This document shows, piece after piece, positions 31,441-56,858 of a stretch of DNA of 64,000 nt; positions within the stretch are counted from its first letter, which is position 1, and every line of letters begins with the position of its first letter. Made by a program: the position numbers and the translations under genes. The stretch comes from Hormiphora californensis (lineage: Eukaryota > Animalia > Ctenophora). The DNA is taken from the NCBI GenBank assembly GCA_020137815.1, contig CM035350.1:9424001-9488000 (forward strand), in the 5' to 3' direction. The notes below the pieces were generated by a model. The model did no database searches, was not told the origin of the DNA, and worked only from the letters and a program-made list of their open reading frames with translations.

Positions 31441-32317
31441 CCGTGTGCGGCAAAAAAAAGCCCCCCCCCTAGACCACCATAGTTGCCGATGTGGTGGAGA
31501 GCTGTAACTTGGCAGGGTTGCTCCACTATGTCTATCTTGATCCTGACAGAAAAATCAGAGCTCTAGCTCAAAATTCATTTTCATGAACGGAATGAACATT
31601 GTCATTCATTCCAGGAAAAAATATTTTCCGGTTCAAAATTTAACTAATTATGTTTGGCTATCGATTTGCTTTCCAATGTGACCAAGATCAGCTAAATTGG
31701 ACAACCACAAGAGACACAGTGTCATGTTGCTTTAAGTTAGTCAGGTCATGTGATCTTCACCGAATCGTTGAGTTTCCGGGATTGCTAATCGGGCCAATGG
31801 GCAAAGGAATCTCGTATCATGGCCGCTAATTGGGTATGTGTACCAATACAGGGTGATGTGATTCGAGGAAAGAGGACATTTATCAAAGAGCTACAGATCT
31901 GATGACCAATCAGCATCGTCATCCCTCATTAGCAGATGTGATACGTGATTCTCTACCACTTAGACCAATTCGTAATACTGAACACGATCAACGATTCAGT
32001 AAAGATCACATGACCTGACTAACTTTAAGAAACATGACACTGTGTCTCTTGTGGTTGTCCAATTTAGCTGATCTTGGTCACATTGGAAAGCTAATCGATA
32101 GCCAAACATAATTGGTTAAATTTTGAACCGGAAAATATTTTTTCCTGGAATGAATGACAATGTTCATTCCGTTCATGAAAATGAATTTTGAGCTAGAGCT
32201 CTGATTTTTCTGTCAGGATCAAGATAGACATAGTGGAGCAACCCTGCCAAGTTACAGCTCTCCACCACATCGGCAACTATGGTGGTCTAGGGGGGGGCTT
32301 TTTTTTGCCGCACACGG
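31441..32317. mobile_element. TA-flanked MITE with about 330-bp near-perfect TIRs (Tc1/mariner superfamily-like)
   Basis: TA|CCGTGTGCGGCAAAAAAAAGCCCC... and ...GGGGCTTTTTTTTGCCGCACACGG|TA. The inversion extends to about 31770 / 31989. The core is non-coding. Confidence 0.9.
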
Positions 32318-32363
32318 TACTATGATCGATAAATTAGAGTCCAGATCTAGATTATATAAATGT

Positions 32364-33086
32364 TCAAGAGTCCCTTGGTGCTTCTAACACCCTCTTTCCA
32401 CGGATGATGTAGTGGGTTCCAGGGGACTGCTTTGCCTTCTCCTTCAGTTCAATTACAAGCTGTTTCCGTTCTCCCCGTTCTTCAACTGTTCTATCAGGAG
32501 AAATAAAAACTTTGCCGAACTTGTCATTCCCTTTCAGCAGGGATTTCTTCGACAGGATCGACATTTGAGCGTCTCTGCTCCTCAGCACGACTTTTACAGG
32601 TCTTGCAGATGAGGACTGCTTTCCCAAGCGCTCGACAGATTTCATTTTCGGAGCCTCTTCAAGCTCAGTAAAAAGAGACTTTATCTGAGTTTCAATTTCA
32701 ATTTCAGCACTCTCTTCCAAGCCATGGATGATAATATTACACCCACGATCCTCAGAGGCAGCAACAATCGCTGACTGAATCTTCTTCGGCGCCAGAGCAC
32801 TAGCACATTTCTTCTCCAGGACAGAAGCAAAACTCTTTATTTCTTGCTGTGCTGTTGACTGCACAGCTGTTATCTCAACCTCCCTTTTCTCTAGTAACTG
32901 CCTCTGAATATTCAGTAGTTCCTCCTGTGCTGCTACAAGGGCCCTTTGGGTTTTGATAAGCTCTTTACTGTGACTTTTCAGCTCCTTCTCATACTGATTC
33001 ATCATCGTAGTTTCATACCCCATATGTGACAACTGTTCACCAACTGGGAAGCTCTGTTCAATGAGAATACGGCATGCACTCTCCAC
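32364..33086 (-). CDS. LINE ORF1p-like protein (coiled coil + RRM + CTD), N-terminally incomplete
   Basis: Coiled coil followed by NIIIHGLEES...VERLGK...RPVKVVL...ILSKKSLLK...VFISPDRTVEER, the ORF1p RRM/CTD signature of CR1/L2/L1-type elements. Confidence 0.8.
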   Translation of the reverse strand: MESACRILIEQSFPVGEQLSHMGYETTMMNQYEKELKSHSKELIKTQRALVAAQEELLNIQRQLLEKREVEITAVQSTAQQEIKSFASVLEKKCASALAPKKIQSAIVAASEDRGCNIIIHGLEESAEIEIETQIKSLFTELEEAPKMKSVERLGKQSSSARPVKVVLRSRDAQMSILSKKSLLKGNDKFGKVFISPDRTVEERGERKQLVIELKEKAKQSPGTHYIIRGKRVLEAPRDS

Positions 33087-33246
33087 AAGGCCTAAAATAA
33101 TAAATAATAATAATAAAAATGACAGTTTATATCCCGCACTGACACAGTTTTAATTACAGACAACTCGTTTTCCTTCATTTGAAAGGGACTGCAGCAGACT
33201 GCCTGCTCCTAGCACGGTTCTCTGATAACGGTGAATTAGTCGGGAA

Positions 33247-34212
33247 CTATCCCACTTGGATAACATTGTTACGGATAAAATAGCAGCCGTCTGGATCTTC
33301 TAGTCGTATCCGTTTCAAAGTGGACCTGAGAGCTTTTTGCTCCTTCAGTTCAGAGGGCGTTAGATCCGGAGATAGATAAACAGCCGAAAACTGTTTGGAG
33401 TCTTTGAGGTTTCGTGCCTTTCTGAGGAGCGCGAGGAGAGTCGCTCTCTTCTCCAGGGATACTAAGAGCGGTCTAGGACGTTTCTCATTTCTTTCCCCGA
33501 TGCGTTTTATCGTTGTCACTTTCGGTTTCTCTTGCAGTTCCTCAAAAAGTTCGTCTAAAGTAGTTTTAGCTACTCTATCGGTTGTTTCTTGGAGACCAAA
33601 CACAATCAGGTTCTTCTCTCTTCCGGGCTGTTGGACGGGAGTAGGGTGGTGCGACGTTAGTGGTTTTACCACTTTAGGGGAGGTTGCAGCACAATTCTGT
33701 GCAAGCACAGAAGAGTAGGCTTTCACCTTCTTCACCGAAGTTGACACTGCACTTAGTTGTTGCTTTTGGGCTTCAATAACCGTTTGCTGAAGCTCAATCA
33801 CGCTAAGACGGTGGCGATCAAGTTCTTCTTTGCATTCACGTAGTTGCTTCTCGAGTTTTTCTGCGCTGATAACATTTTCAAAATTGTTCATTGTTGCTCT
33901 GGCAAGTTTCATACTGGAGAGAAAAATACGCGAAGTAGCCTCAATAATTTCATTCGCAGTTAAGTCCTTGAGACAGTGACTGAAGTACGAACCCCAGTGA
34001 TTGCAAGGGGAAGCTACACTGTCGTTGGTTAACATTGAGTCGGGTGCAGCTTGGATCGATTTATAACATTGAATAAACTGATCCGATGTGATACTCGTCG
34101 TGTTGGGATCATCAGCAGAGTTCAACCAGTAAACTTCAGAAACAAAGTCGTTTACTGTCTCTTCCAATCGTTTTATCGCAGGGTTATCGCCCTCGTACTT
34201 CGTTTCTGACAT
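33247..34212 (-). CDS. LINE ORF1p-like protein, full length (about 321 aa)
   Basis: REKNLIVFGLQET...IKRIGE...RPRPLLVSL...LLRKARNLK...VYLSPDLTPSE, with an upstream coiled coil. ATG at 34212. Confidence 0.85.
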   Translation of the reverse strand: MSETKYEGDNPAIKRLEETVNDFVSEVYWLNSADDPNTTSITSDQFIQCYKSIQAAPDSMLTNDSVASPCNHWGSYFSHCLKDLTANEIIEATSRIFLSSMKLARATMNNFENVISAEKLEKQLRECKEELDRHRLSVIELQQTVIEAQKQQLSAVSTSVKKVKAYSSVLAQNCAATSPKVVKPLTSHHPTPVQQPGREKNLIVFGLQETTDRVAKTTLDELFEELQEKPKVTTIKRIGERNEKRPRPLLVSLEKRATLLALLRKARNLKDSKQFSAVYLSPDLTPSELKEQKALRSTLKRIRLEDPDGCYFIRNNVIQVG

Positions 34213-34214
34213 TA

Positions 34215-34553
34215 TCAACGTTTCGTTTTTCTGCCCTTTGGGGCTGTTACATCGGATTCATCTTCCTGCTCAATAAATAGTTTTACGTTGTAGTTGATGG
34301 AAGTTTGAAGCACTGACTTGTTCAGTGCACTGAGTTTGTTCCTGGAGGGAACTTTCAGATTATCCCAGATTTCCACTATATGTGGTCCGTACTTCACTTG
34401 GCTCGGATCTGTTTCACCAAACCCTCCAGTTAGCGTTAATATCTCGCTTACCCACTCCACGGTTTGTTCTTGGCAGTGTTGGATGATATCCTCTTGTACG
34501 TCTGTTTCCCGGATGTAGATCCGTGTATCCATTTCAGTATCGGAGCTCGTCAT
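34215..34553 (-). CDS. 112-aa ORF abutting the ORF1-like gene; possibly an isolated ORF1 N-terminal module
   Basis: Its TGA lies 2 nt before the next ATG. QEQTVEWVSEI resembles EETVNDFVSEV in the neighbour. Its 3' part (34231-34310) is duplicated, degenerate, at 34561-34640. Basic C-terminus PKGRKTKR. Confidence 0.45.
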   Translation of the reverse strand: MTSSDTEMDTRIYIRETDVQEDIIQHCQEQTVEWVSEILTLTGGFGETDPSQVKYGPHIVEIWDNLKVPSRNKLSALNKSVLQTSINYNVKLFIEQEDESDVTAPKGRKTKR

Positions 34554-35299
34554 TTTCTTGCTGCCCTCTTGGGCTCTTACATAGACATTTGCTGAAACTC
34601 AATAAATAGTTTTACGTTGTAGTTGATGAAAGTTTGAAACAAATCCCCGGAGGGGTGACGACTTCAAAACCGACTTGACAAACCACTGAAAAGTATCGCA
34701 GCAGAGTAGTCCCAGAGATTAAGGCGCCACATTGTCACAATAAATGTCTTTGTGTGGCTTTTGAGCGAACAGGGAAGTAAAAGTCGCGCAAAAACGCCAA
34801 AAAGTTGGCATACGTTGCAGGCCCCTTATAATATAATATTGCGGGGGTGCGCGCATGAGGGGGCTGCAGCGCATTCCAAGCCAAAAAGTCTGAAAATTTT
34901 CACTTTCCAACACACACAAAATTCAAGGTCCAGGGCGCAGCTCAGGGAGAACAGATGCGCGGCACAGTGTCGCGCCGGTAAAATTGTTTTTGTCGCGCGG
35001 CTTTGAAAACGTAACGCGCGGTTGAATCATATTTGAGCTTGAACGAGTCGATCTCGATCTCGTTTTCAAAAAAGTTTGTTTTTGTAAAAAAATTCTTCTG
35101 TCCTGAGTCCTCTGGTGTTCTTCGTCCTCGGTTCTTCGGGCTGATAGTTGATGCCTGATAGGTTGCCTTTTTAGGTCTTTCTATCGAGATGAATATTCAA
35201 ACAAGAATTATTGCATTATGTATTCATAATGCGGTGTTTCCCTGCCCCAGATGAGTGTAAAATTGATGACTAAGCTTCAAATTCAGATTTTCCGGTGAA

Positions 35300-35837
35300 T
35301 TTTGCACTCTAAGAGCAATTTTTGGCTTATACGATGTTAGTTGCTATGGTAACCAGGGTGGTTGCTATGGTAACCAAGGCAGTTGTTATGATGACCAAGA
35401 CAGTTGCTTAGGAGACCCTAGTTGGTGACCAAGCGCTTCACCTTTACCCTCATGCCTCAGTCATCTTAACACCAGTCACTTGCAATTAATGTGTGATAGT
35501 AGTTTCGTGCTTGGAAGACTTGCTACCACGTCCGGTACGGCTGAAGGGTACCCAAAGTGATTTCTTGTGAAAGTAGGAAGTGATACGAGTGAGTAATTGC
35601 GCGCCACAATCAGTGTTAATCATTTCCTTTGTTGCATCAACAAAGTGTGAGTTGAAAGATTTATGAAGGAGCAGACTTTGTTGCTATGTGTAACGGTGGA
35701 CAGACGGACAGACGGACATTTTAGTTAACTACACAATCTGCTGATTTCTAAACCCTGAATGATCTTTTTAGCACGTGCGTGCTAAAAACATCATCCCGGG
35801 TGATTGCCTTCGGCAATCACCCGGGCAGGGAAAAAAT
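35300..35837 (+). mobile_element. Putative HINE/DINE/pearl-like element (internal tandem repeats, GACA/GACG microsatellite, 3' hairpin); left boundary unknown
   Basis: 21-bp-spaced GTTGCTATGGTAAC repeats at 35340-35416. GGACAGACGGACAGACGGACA at about 35698-35718. Perfect 14-bp stem CCCGGGTGATTGCC-ttc-GGCAATCACCCGGG at 35795-35825 followed by an A-run. Confidence 0.45.
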
Positions 35838-36011
35838 ATTTAATAAGTTGGATTCACTTTTTTGCACCCGATCAGATCGGGCCGATCTGGCACGCTGTGC
35901 TGCAATTTGCAACCCCGTTTCTCTCACCTGCAGTAGTTCTTTTCAACCGATAAATAAAAAATGCACTATTGTGTTAGCGACGTGTGACATAATCGTTTTC
36001 CACAGCTCCAA

Positions 36012-49662
<13,651 letters not shown>

Positions 49663-49896
49663 GAGACAGTATTAAGAAATTGAAAGAAATAGAGAGGACT
49701 GTGTGTGATTTTTGATTTGTTTAATGCCCCACACTGTATTTGTTATTTACCGCGTAACCAAAAGCAATTTGTTAAGTTTGATTTTTGTTTGCAATTTATT
49801 TAAATAAACGAGTTTTCATTTGCTTTACTATTTTATCATAATTCAATTTATTTAAATTTAATTTAAATTTTTGTTGAATTTTTGGTACGCGCATTT

Positions 49897-50077
49897 AAAA
49901 CCCGCGCAATACTTGAATATTATATGCGCGCGGTCTAAAATTTGGAGTATTAAAGTAGTGGGAGACACTAAAGTCGGATTTTTTGAAAACCCGCGCAATA
50001 CTTGAATATTATATGCGCGCGGTCTAAAATTTGGAGTATTAAAGTAGTGGGAGACACTAAAGTCGGATTTTTTGAAA
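49897..50077. repeat. Direct tandem duplication of about 90 bp
   Basis: AAAACCCGCGCAATACTTGAAT...CACTAAAGTCGGATTTTTTG occurs twice consecutively. Confidence 0.9.
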
Positions 50078-50139
50078 CTGTCACCCCCCAAAATTTGTCA
50101 TATCTCCGGTTCCTGATAAGATAGAGGCTTGAAATTTGG

Positions 50140-50600
50140 AGGTTCGGAAGAACTGTCGCCTTCTTCCATGCTTCCTTCAGGCGAGATAGAGCAATAGCAG
50201 CTGAACAATTCTGTACAAGGACCTTGGAGTAGTCATGCAACTGCTTTTGGACAGACTCTGACATCGAGTTGTTTTCACGGTTTTGTAATTCAATCAAACT
50301 ATTTTGTGCTTCTATCAGCTTCCCTTGCAATGCAATCCTTGCTACCATGATTGTTCTGACTAATCTGATAGTTCTATTACAATCCTCCAGTTGCAGGCGT
50401 TCTGAAATTTAGAATATTTGTGGTGCACGCTACACGTTAACATGTGATAAACGGCAAACGCACCAAAACAATTCCGCGTACGACTTTGGGGGGTGAACAG
50501 TTGAAAAAAATGGAGTATACTTCCTTCCCTAACTGAAGAATGTAACGACTTCAAAAAATCCGACTTTAACTCATCCAGAGAGACTAAATCCAAGAGCGCA
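50140..50600 (-). pseudogene. Degenerate, truncated ORF1-like fragment of the family at 32.3-34.2 kb
   Basis: LQGKLIEAQ...SVQKQLHDYSKVLVQNCSAAIA aligns by eye with LQQTVIEAQ...VKAYSSVLAQNCAA and IKSFASVLEKKCASALA. It is interrupted and lacks the RRM. Confidence 0.65.
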
Positions 50601-51043
50601 CCTCATCCAGAAGAGACTAAATCCAAGAGCGCATCACACTCTGAATAGCGACTGTTCACTGTTGAGTGTTGGTACAAACTATTAACTAAAAACAATATCC
50701 AATTGGGGTTTTGAAAAAGAAAGTGTTGACATATTTACAGCTTTAAATTTAATAAAATCTCTAAAAAGCAAAGATGGTAGATGAAAAGCTAGATATTTTA
50801 AGATATTATTTCGTTCGATGTCACTTCAATCCACACAGGTGTGAGGTGATTCCAATCGATTACATTTTCAACAAAAAACTAAAAAGCATTGTTCATAAAC
50901 ATCGAGCTAGTTCTTCCTCATTTCAAAGTTTAACATTAGTTCAGTGTTGAATTCTTTCTCCGTGAAGTGGAATCATACACAGTCGTGATAATATCAAACT
51001 CCAAAAAACGTGAACATTTAGAAAGGGTATATCTTTAGATATA

Positions 51044-54000
51044 TCACTTGAAGGTGACGATATCTGAATGAATAGCGGTTTCTTGGATAATGTCTCTGGT
51101 TGTCACCATATTATCACAGCAACTAGGATGATTCATCTGCACGTTCGTGTTATCAGTTGAATGACATTGCTCTCCTGTCACTGGTTTGCTAACACAACTA
51201 GTGCTGTCCAGGCGAGAATTGTTGACAATTATTTCATCAGCTGGCTCGGGTGAAACTGGTACTCCACGGAACATGGCAAATATTCTATTAACGGCAGGCC
51301 TCAACACGTCAAACACTATAGTCAGTGTATCACTGTACAAAAGTGGGTTTATTATAGAGTGTATAGGTAGGATGTTGAGGGAGAAGACCTGGTACCACGG
51401 TGACATATCGACAACCTCAGCCGTATGGAAGGCACAACAGATCAAAAAGGGTAGCCAGCAACAAAAGTCCGTTACACACACCAAGGTCACTTTCCGACTG
51501 AGTCGACTGTTGATGCGTCGGTTAACCCCAGGCACCTCCACTTTATTCGATAAAACTACTATTAAGATATGGCACACCGCAACGGACACAAAGCAGAGGA
51601 AGTGAAGGCTGATGTAGAACCAGACAAAGACAACCTGGGGATCATCGGAGAGGATAAAGAACTTAAACATACCAACTGGATCGTTACCGTAGATGACCCT
51701 TTCTTCCCGAAACAGTCCCATAATCCGTGGAAAACATTTCCGCGACCATTCCCTGAATTGTATTCCAGGATATGTCTGCCTTCCGTCGGGAGCGTTCAGT
51801 GTACCTTGCCCCGTTGTAACCATACACAATTTGCAGAATCTGTGTCTTATCCACCGTACCAAGGAAGAGTGATGTATCCCTAGGGAACACAAGACCGTTC
51901 ACAAACCAGTCCTCGAGAGTATCCAAAAGAGGGACTAACGCAAAAACGAGAGCAATAAGCATAATGGACAATAGGCATATAATAACTTTAAGCCGAAGCT
52001 CCTTCGATACATCGTCAGACTGCCTGTAATGAAGAGCTCTTCTTGTACCATAAAGTCGGTAGACACTTATACCGGCCATGGCTAAGGAGGAAACTGTCGC
52101 TCCGACCGTGTTATGTTAAGTACCCTATGAAGTTGCAAGACCTTCCACTCATCCACTCCAAACGCTGTACACAGAAATCTGTGTTTTATCCAGTGCAGAG
52201 TATCAAGTTACAGACTTAGCAGATAGCAGGGGTAAAAAGATCTCCAAAGGAGATTGCAAGTACAAATATATGGTTCACAAAGGCCCCGCTTTTCTCAGGG
52301 AGTTTCTGGGAGATGTTTCACCGAAGGTGGAAGTCTATAACGAGTCCCAGGACTCCCATGAAAAATCCAATCACAGTCATTGTATGATCTTCAACTACTT
52401 TTCTGCTGCAGCTACTATTGCATTCATCAGAAAAGTCCTTGCAATCAGTTTTTCCATCGCATTTCTGGCTCGAGGTAAGAACGAGGATTATCAGCACACC
52501 GAAAATTGTTGTCACACCCGGCTTCCTCATCAGACCTGTCCCCACAGTATCAACCAGATCACACACTCTCTCAAAGAGAATACATCTTTTATTTTTGCAC
52601 ACGAACACGTTGTTATGAAATGCAGTTTTATATCGGAAAACCGATGTCACAACAATTAACTTTGTGTTAAGCGAGTAAAACAGAATCTGATTGTGACAGG
52701 AGTATGAGAGCCCGTCTTTCAAAGGGCATTCGGCATTTGTACATTGTCCAGTACAGCTATAAAGACGTATGCCTCACCGTTAAAGTATCTGCAATCTTGC
52801 TTCCGGTGCACCGTAACAATGGATGTTGTGAGGTTTTTACCGAGAATTGGTGAAATGAATGGTTGAATTTTGTTCTGAACATTGCTCTTTCAATGAAGGA
52901 GCACCGATGATAGACCTTTGTTGCATACATTTCCAACCAGTACCTCATTTCCAAATACGTTTCCGGTTGGAGATGGAAAAGGGCTTTCTTTAGATTTACT
53001 CTTCTTCTTGCACTCTGACAGGCCCCATTGTCACAGCTCTGTATCGAAGAACACATGGTGGAAGTTTCCAGGAATTCTGAATGGTTACCATGACACAAAA
53101 ACACGTTCGAGCATGGTGCCGTATCCACCTTAATCCGCAGAGTGGTGCCATTGCCACACTTTTCCCAATCGCGTTTTTCGTCGATGCCGCTCTCACAATC
53201 TACTACCCCATCTAGGATCCAATCCACCGGAACTCGAGAAAATTTTCCAAATCGCCTCTGACAAGTGTGAGTGGTAAGTTTGCCAACTCCGCAGAACATT
53301 TTACCCTCATCCATACCACCTGCACAATCTTCTATACCATCACAAAGCCTGTGTTTGTGAATGTAACAGTACCGACCAATTCTGACACATTTCAACTCTA
53401 TCCCATCATCACACAACTGCGGAGATGTATTGCCATCACAGATCACATAGATGGAAATTGTGCTAGGATAACCGTTCACCAGACAGCTGCCCCCAACCTT
53501 TGCTGGATCGGTGCAATTAGTTTGGTCAAACCCAGTGTCTATGCAGTAGGTTGACCTTTGATCAGTGTAAACGTTGTCATTTCGACCTTTGATTGTCAAA
53601 AAACATCTTGACCCGTTATACAAGGGAAAGTTGCCTCTCGGTCCATGTCAGTGCTTCACAAAAAGTGCATCTTGATCCCAAGGAGGGGTGGTTCCTTTTT
53701 TCGGCATTCCTTGGAAAGGCATGAACACCAGATCGTTTGAAATACTTCCGTAGACGATCCCCCCACCACAATCCCGCTCCTCGACACATGTCAAATCGAG
53801 ATTCGGTGTGAGAGCTTTGTCCATCCAGATATCGTCACATATCCCATCACAAACCCCTCCCAGTTTCAAGGTGACCTCGACAATACTTCCATCCTGTAGA
53901 GTGAGCGGATGAAGCATAGTACCCGCAGTTATATCGCTACACGTCTGAACGTCTTTTTGAACAAAGTTACCTTTCAAGCCATCGAGACAGACAACTCCAC

Positions 54001-54427
54001 AAACAGGCGGCAGGTCGAACATTTCGACGATACTCCAACGAACGCTAAAGAAATTATCGCTTTTAAATGACCCACATGCCTGGTACATAGCGTCGTCATT
54101 TGGGCATCGCAAAGAATACTCAGTTGTGACTAAACGTGTTCTCATCTCGTAGGTTCCTTTCCTTGTGTAGGTCACATTGGGTGCGGTAATGCACTGGAAG
54201 GTAGCCTCACGCACCATCGAATTGTCATCCTTGCTACAAAGCTGGACTAGGAATTCATGGTGATTAACAATGGGACAAAGATGCACCTCTTCATAAGTAT
54301 CAGGCGGCGATGAATTGACCCTGGACATGGAGTTAACTAAACTCTCATCTCTAGTGAGGTTTGTTGCCCAGAGAGAACTGGACCTGGCTGTTGGAAGTAG
54401 CACGAGTCCAATCATTGAAAGGAACAT
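51044..54427 (-). pseudogene. Intronless LDLa-repeat class A GPCR (GRL101/LGR-related 7TM, no LRRs), disrupted by multiple frameshifts
   Basis: Signal peptide MFLSMIGLVLLPTARS. LDLa motifs CDGIEDCAGGMDE, DGVVDCESGIDE, CDGKTDCKDFSDEC. TM3 AGISVYRL, TM6 VTDFCCWLPF, TM7 ILPIHSIINPLLYS. The coding sequence is split over at least 6 ORF fragments in different frames. Confidence 0.8.
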
Positions 54428-54605
54428 CTTCCTGTAGACATTGTATAATTGGCATACGTTACACTTTAATTAACAGATAATTAACAGATAATTAACAGAT
54501 AATTAATAGATATAGGAGGGAATATCAGGCAAACTCTTCAAGTGCAAATGAAAGAGGCAGCCTCACGTATCAAAAAGAACTTTTACAGACAGCTTCACGT
54601 ATTAA

Positions 54606-55981
54606 AGGCCCTCTGACCCGAAAATCAATTTTCTATTTTTGACTTATTATGACACTACGTGGAAAATCATGAACAATGATGTATGTTTCACCTCATAGTT
54701 ATCTCTAAGGGGTCTAATTACAGTGGGAAGTCGGGAGGCAGCACATGGGAAGGGGGGCTCTTTGTATTTGTGTGTAAATGTCAGTTATGTTTACATTTTG
54801 TTCAGTTTATTGTCGTCTGAGATTATTTATGGCTTATAGGTTTATTAAGTTGACATTTTCACATCAATATTAAGTATCTTATGAATTTCTGTGACCCTTG
54901 ACTTAATAAATTCTGCTACACACAATCTATGCTAAAGGTTGTCTTTACTCCTTGGGTTGATTTGTAAACCGGTACAGGTGTTATTTCTAGGAATAGAGCA
55001 ATGGTTAGGTTAAACGCCCTGGTAGATGACCCTCTGTTGTTACTAAACATCCGGGGGGGGGGGGGGATTTCCCTTAGACCCTTAATTCTAGATACCCCTT
55101 CAACTCTACACCTCACAGCTTAGTAGATACCCTCCGTTTTCCCTCGGATCCAGTATAGGACTTCAGAATTTCTAAATACGTTAGTAGCTAACCCTCTGAC
55201 CCTTTTAGACACTCCTCTGACCCTTCTAGATACCTCTCAGATCCATCGACTTTATCTAGTAGGATCTGAGGGTCATATTATACACTCTGACGGGTGTCCA
55301 GTAGGGTTTGAGGTATATCTAGAGGCGGCTAAGAGATGGGTAACAAACTCGTAGTCTCTAGCAGGGTCTGAGGGGTATTGAGAGGGTCAGAGGGGTGTTT
55401 GGAAGGGTCTGGGGATATAATAATATCTAGTAACATATGAGAGGTATTTCCCAGTTTTTCATATAGGATGTGAGAGGTATCTAATAACGTCTGAGGCTAT
55501 AGTAGGCTCTGAGGCGTATCTAGCAGGCTCTGAGGGTATCTATCAGGGTGTGAGGGGTATCTAGTGGGCTCTGAGGGGTATCTAGTAGGCTCTCAGGGGT
55601 ATCTAGTGTGCTCTGAGGGATTGACAAAAGTATTTAATACTAATTTTCATGTGTTTAATTCATGTATTTAAATACAAATCATTCACTAATTTGAAGAAAC
55701 GTGTTTTGAGATTTCCTTTTTATGTATCATGGATAATTTATGATATCACACTTGTCAGTAATGTCATTGTTTGTAAATGTAATCAGTTTTTGTGTGTAAA
55801 CACAAAGGGGGGAGAGGTCCTATGTGCTGCCTCAGCTCGGAAGGGGTGGCGTGGGGCAACCTTTTAACGCCTAATTAGAGGGGGAAGGAGGAATCCGTAG
55901 AGTGTGAGATAACCTGGGATCTTCATGATTTTTCATGTACTGTCAATTTAGACAAAGTTGTTTTTTCGAGTCAGAGGACCT
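54606..55981. mobile_element. TTAA-flanked non-autonomous DNA transposon (Kolobok-like)
   Basis: TTAA|AGGCCCTCTGACCCGAAAA ... TTTTCGAGTCAGAGGACCT|TTAA. Imperfect subterminal inverted similarity extends about 170 bp. Internal degenerate CTCTGAGGGGTATCTAG repeats occur in both orientations. Confidence 0.8.
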
Positions 55982-56858
55982 TTAAGCTTTTCCCTCCTCC
56001 AATGAGAACGCTCTATATGTCGAGGGGGGCGACATCTAGTTTCTTCTGAGTGGTTCATGGTCTCTTAATTCATGGGCAATAGTTGTATAAAATTGGGATT
56101 GAGGACAACTAAACTAAAATCAACTTTGCCATATTGAGAGTTGACTATAAAAATGCCCTATTTAAGGGACCTCAACTATCTAAATAGTTCTAAGTGGTCA
56201 ATATTGTATGACGTTTTTGATTTGATTGAAGGAATTTAATATAGAACGAAATATAGAAAAGTAGAAAAATCAAACACCTTAAAATCAGTCCGTAATCTCA
56301 ACTATTCAAACTTCAAATTGCTCAATATTGTATGACGTTGCAGAGAATTTCTATCCTCAATTCGCAGGATAAAATATAAAGGATTGCGCTTTTACAACAT
56401 ACCACACGAGGAAGAAATCACACGACCGTGATTGTCCGCATCATACGTAGAATTCTATTTTCTGAATAATCCGAGCTAGAATTCTAATATTTTGATATTA
56501 TACCAAAAACTAACAGACACCTTTGGCAATGGTCCTTTTCTCCCGGAGATCACTATTTTATAAACCCCGATAGCTTTCTTATCAGTCGTTTGAAGATTTT
56601 ACGTAAACGCGTCAATTGTGAGTTGGGGAATTACACACCCTGCTCGCGATTTAACAGACCAGTGCCCTTTCACGGGGAGGTCTAAAAAACACATTTGGAA
56701 CCCTTTTCAATGTTATCTCTCTCATCAAGAGGCAAAATAATCGCATTCCATTCTTTTCTCTCTCTCATTCTCTCTTTTACTGTTCAATATCTCTCACTGT
56801 GTGTACTCGCGCTGGGAACAGCCAACTGTATAACGCACCAAGCTACATGATGATGTGG

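Noticed and set aside
32364-34553. Complete LINE retrotransposon or endogenous virus
   Set aside because: No AP-endonuclease, RT, integrase, capsid or polymerase motifs seen in the flanks.
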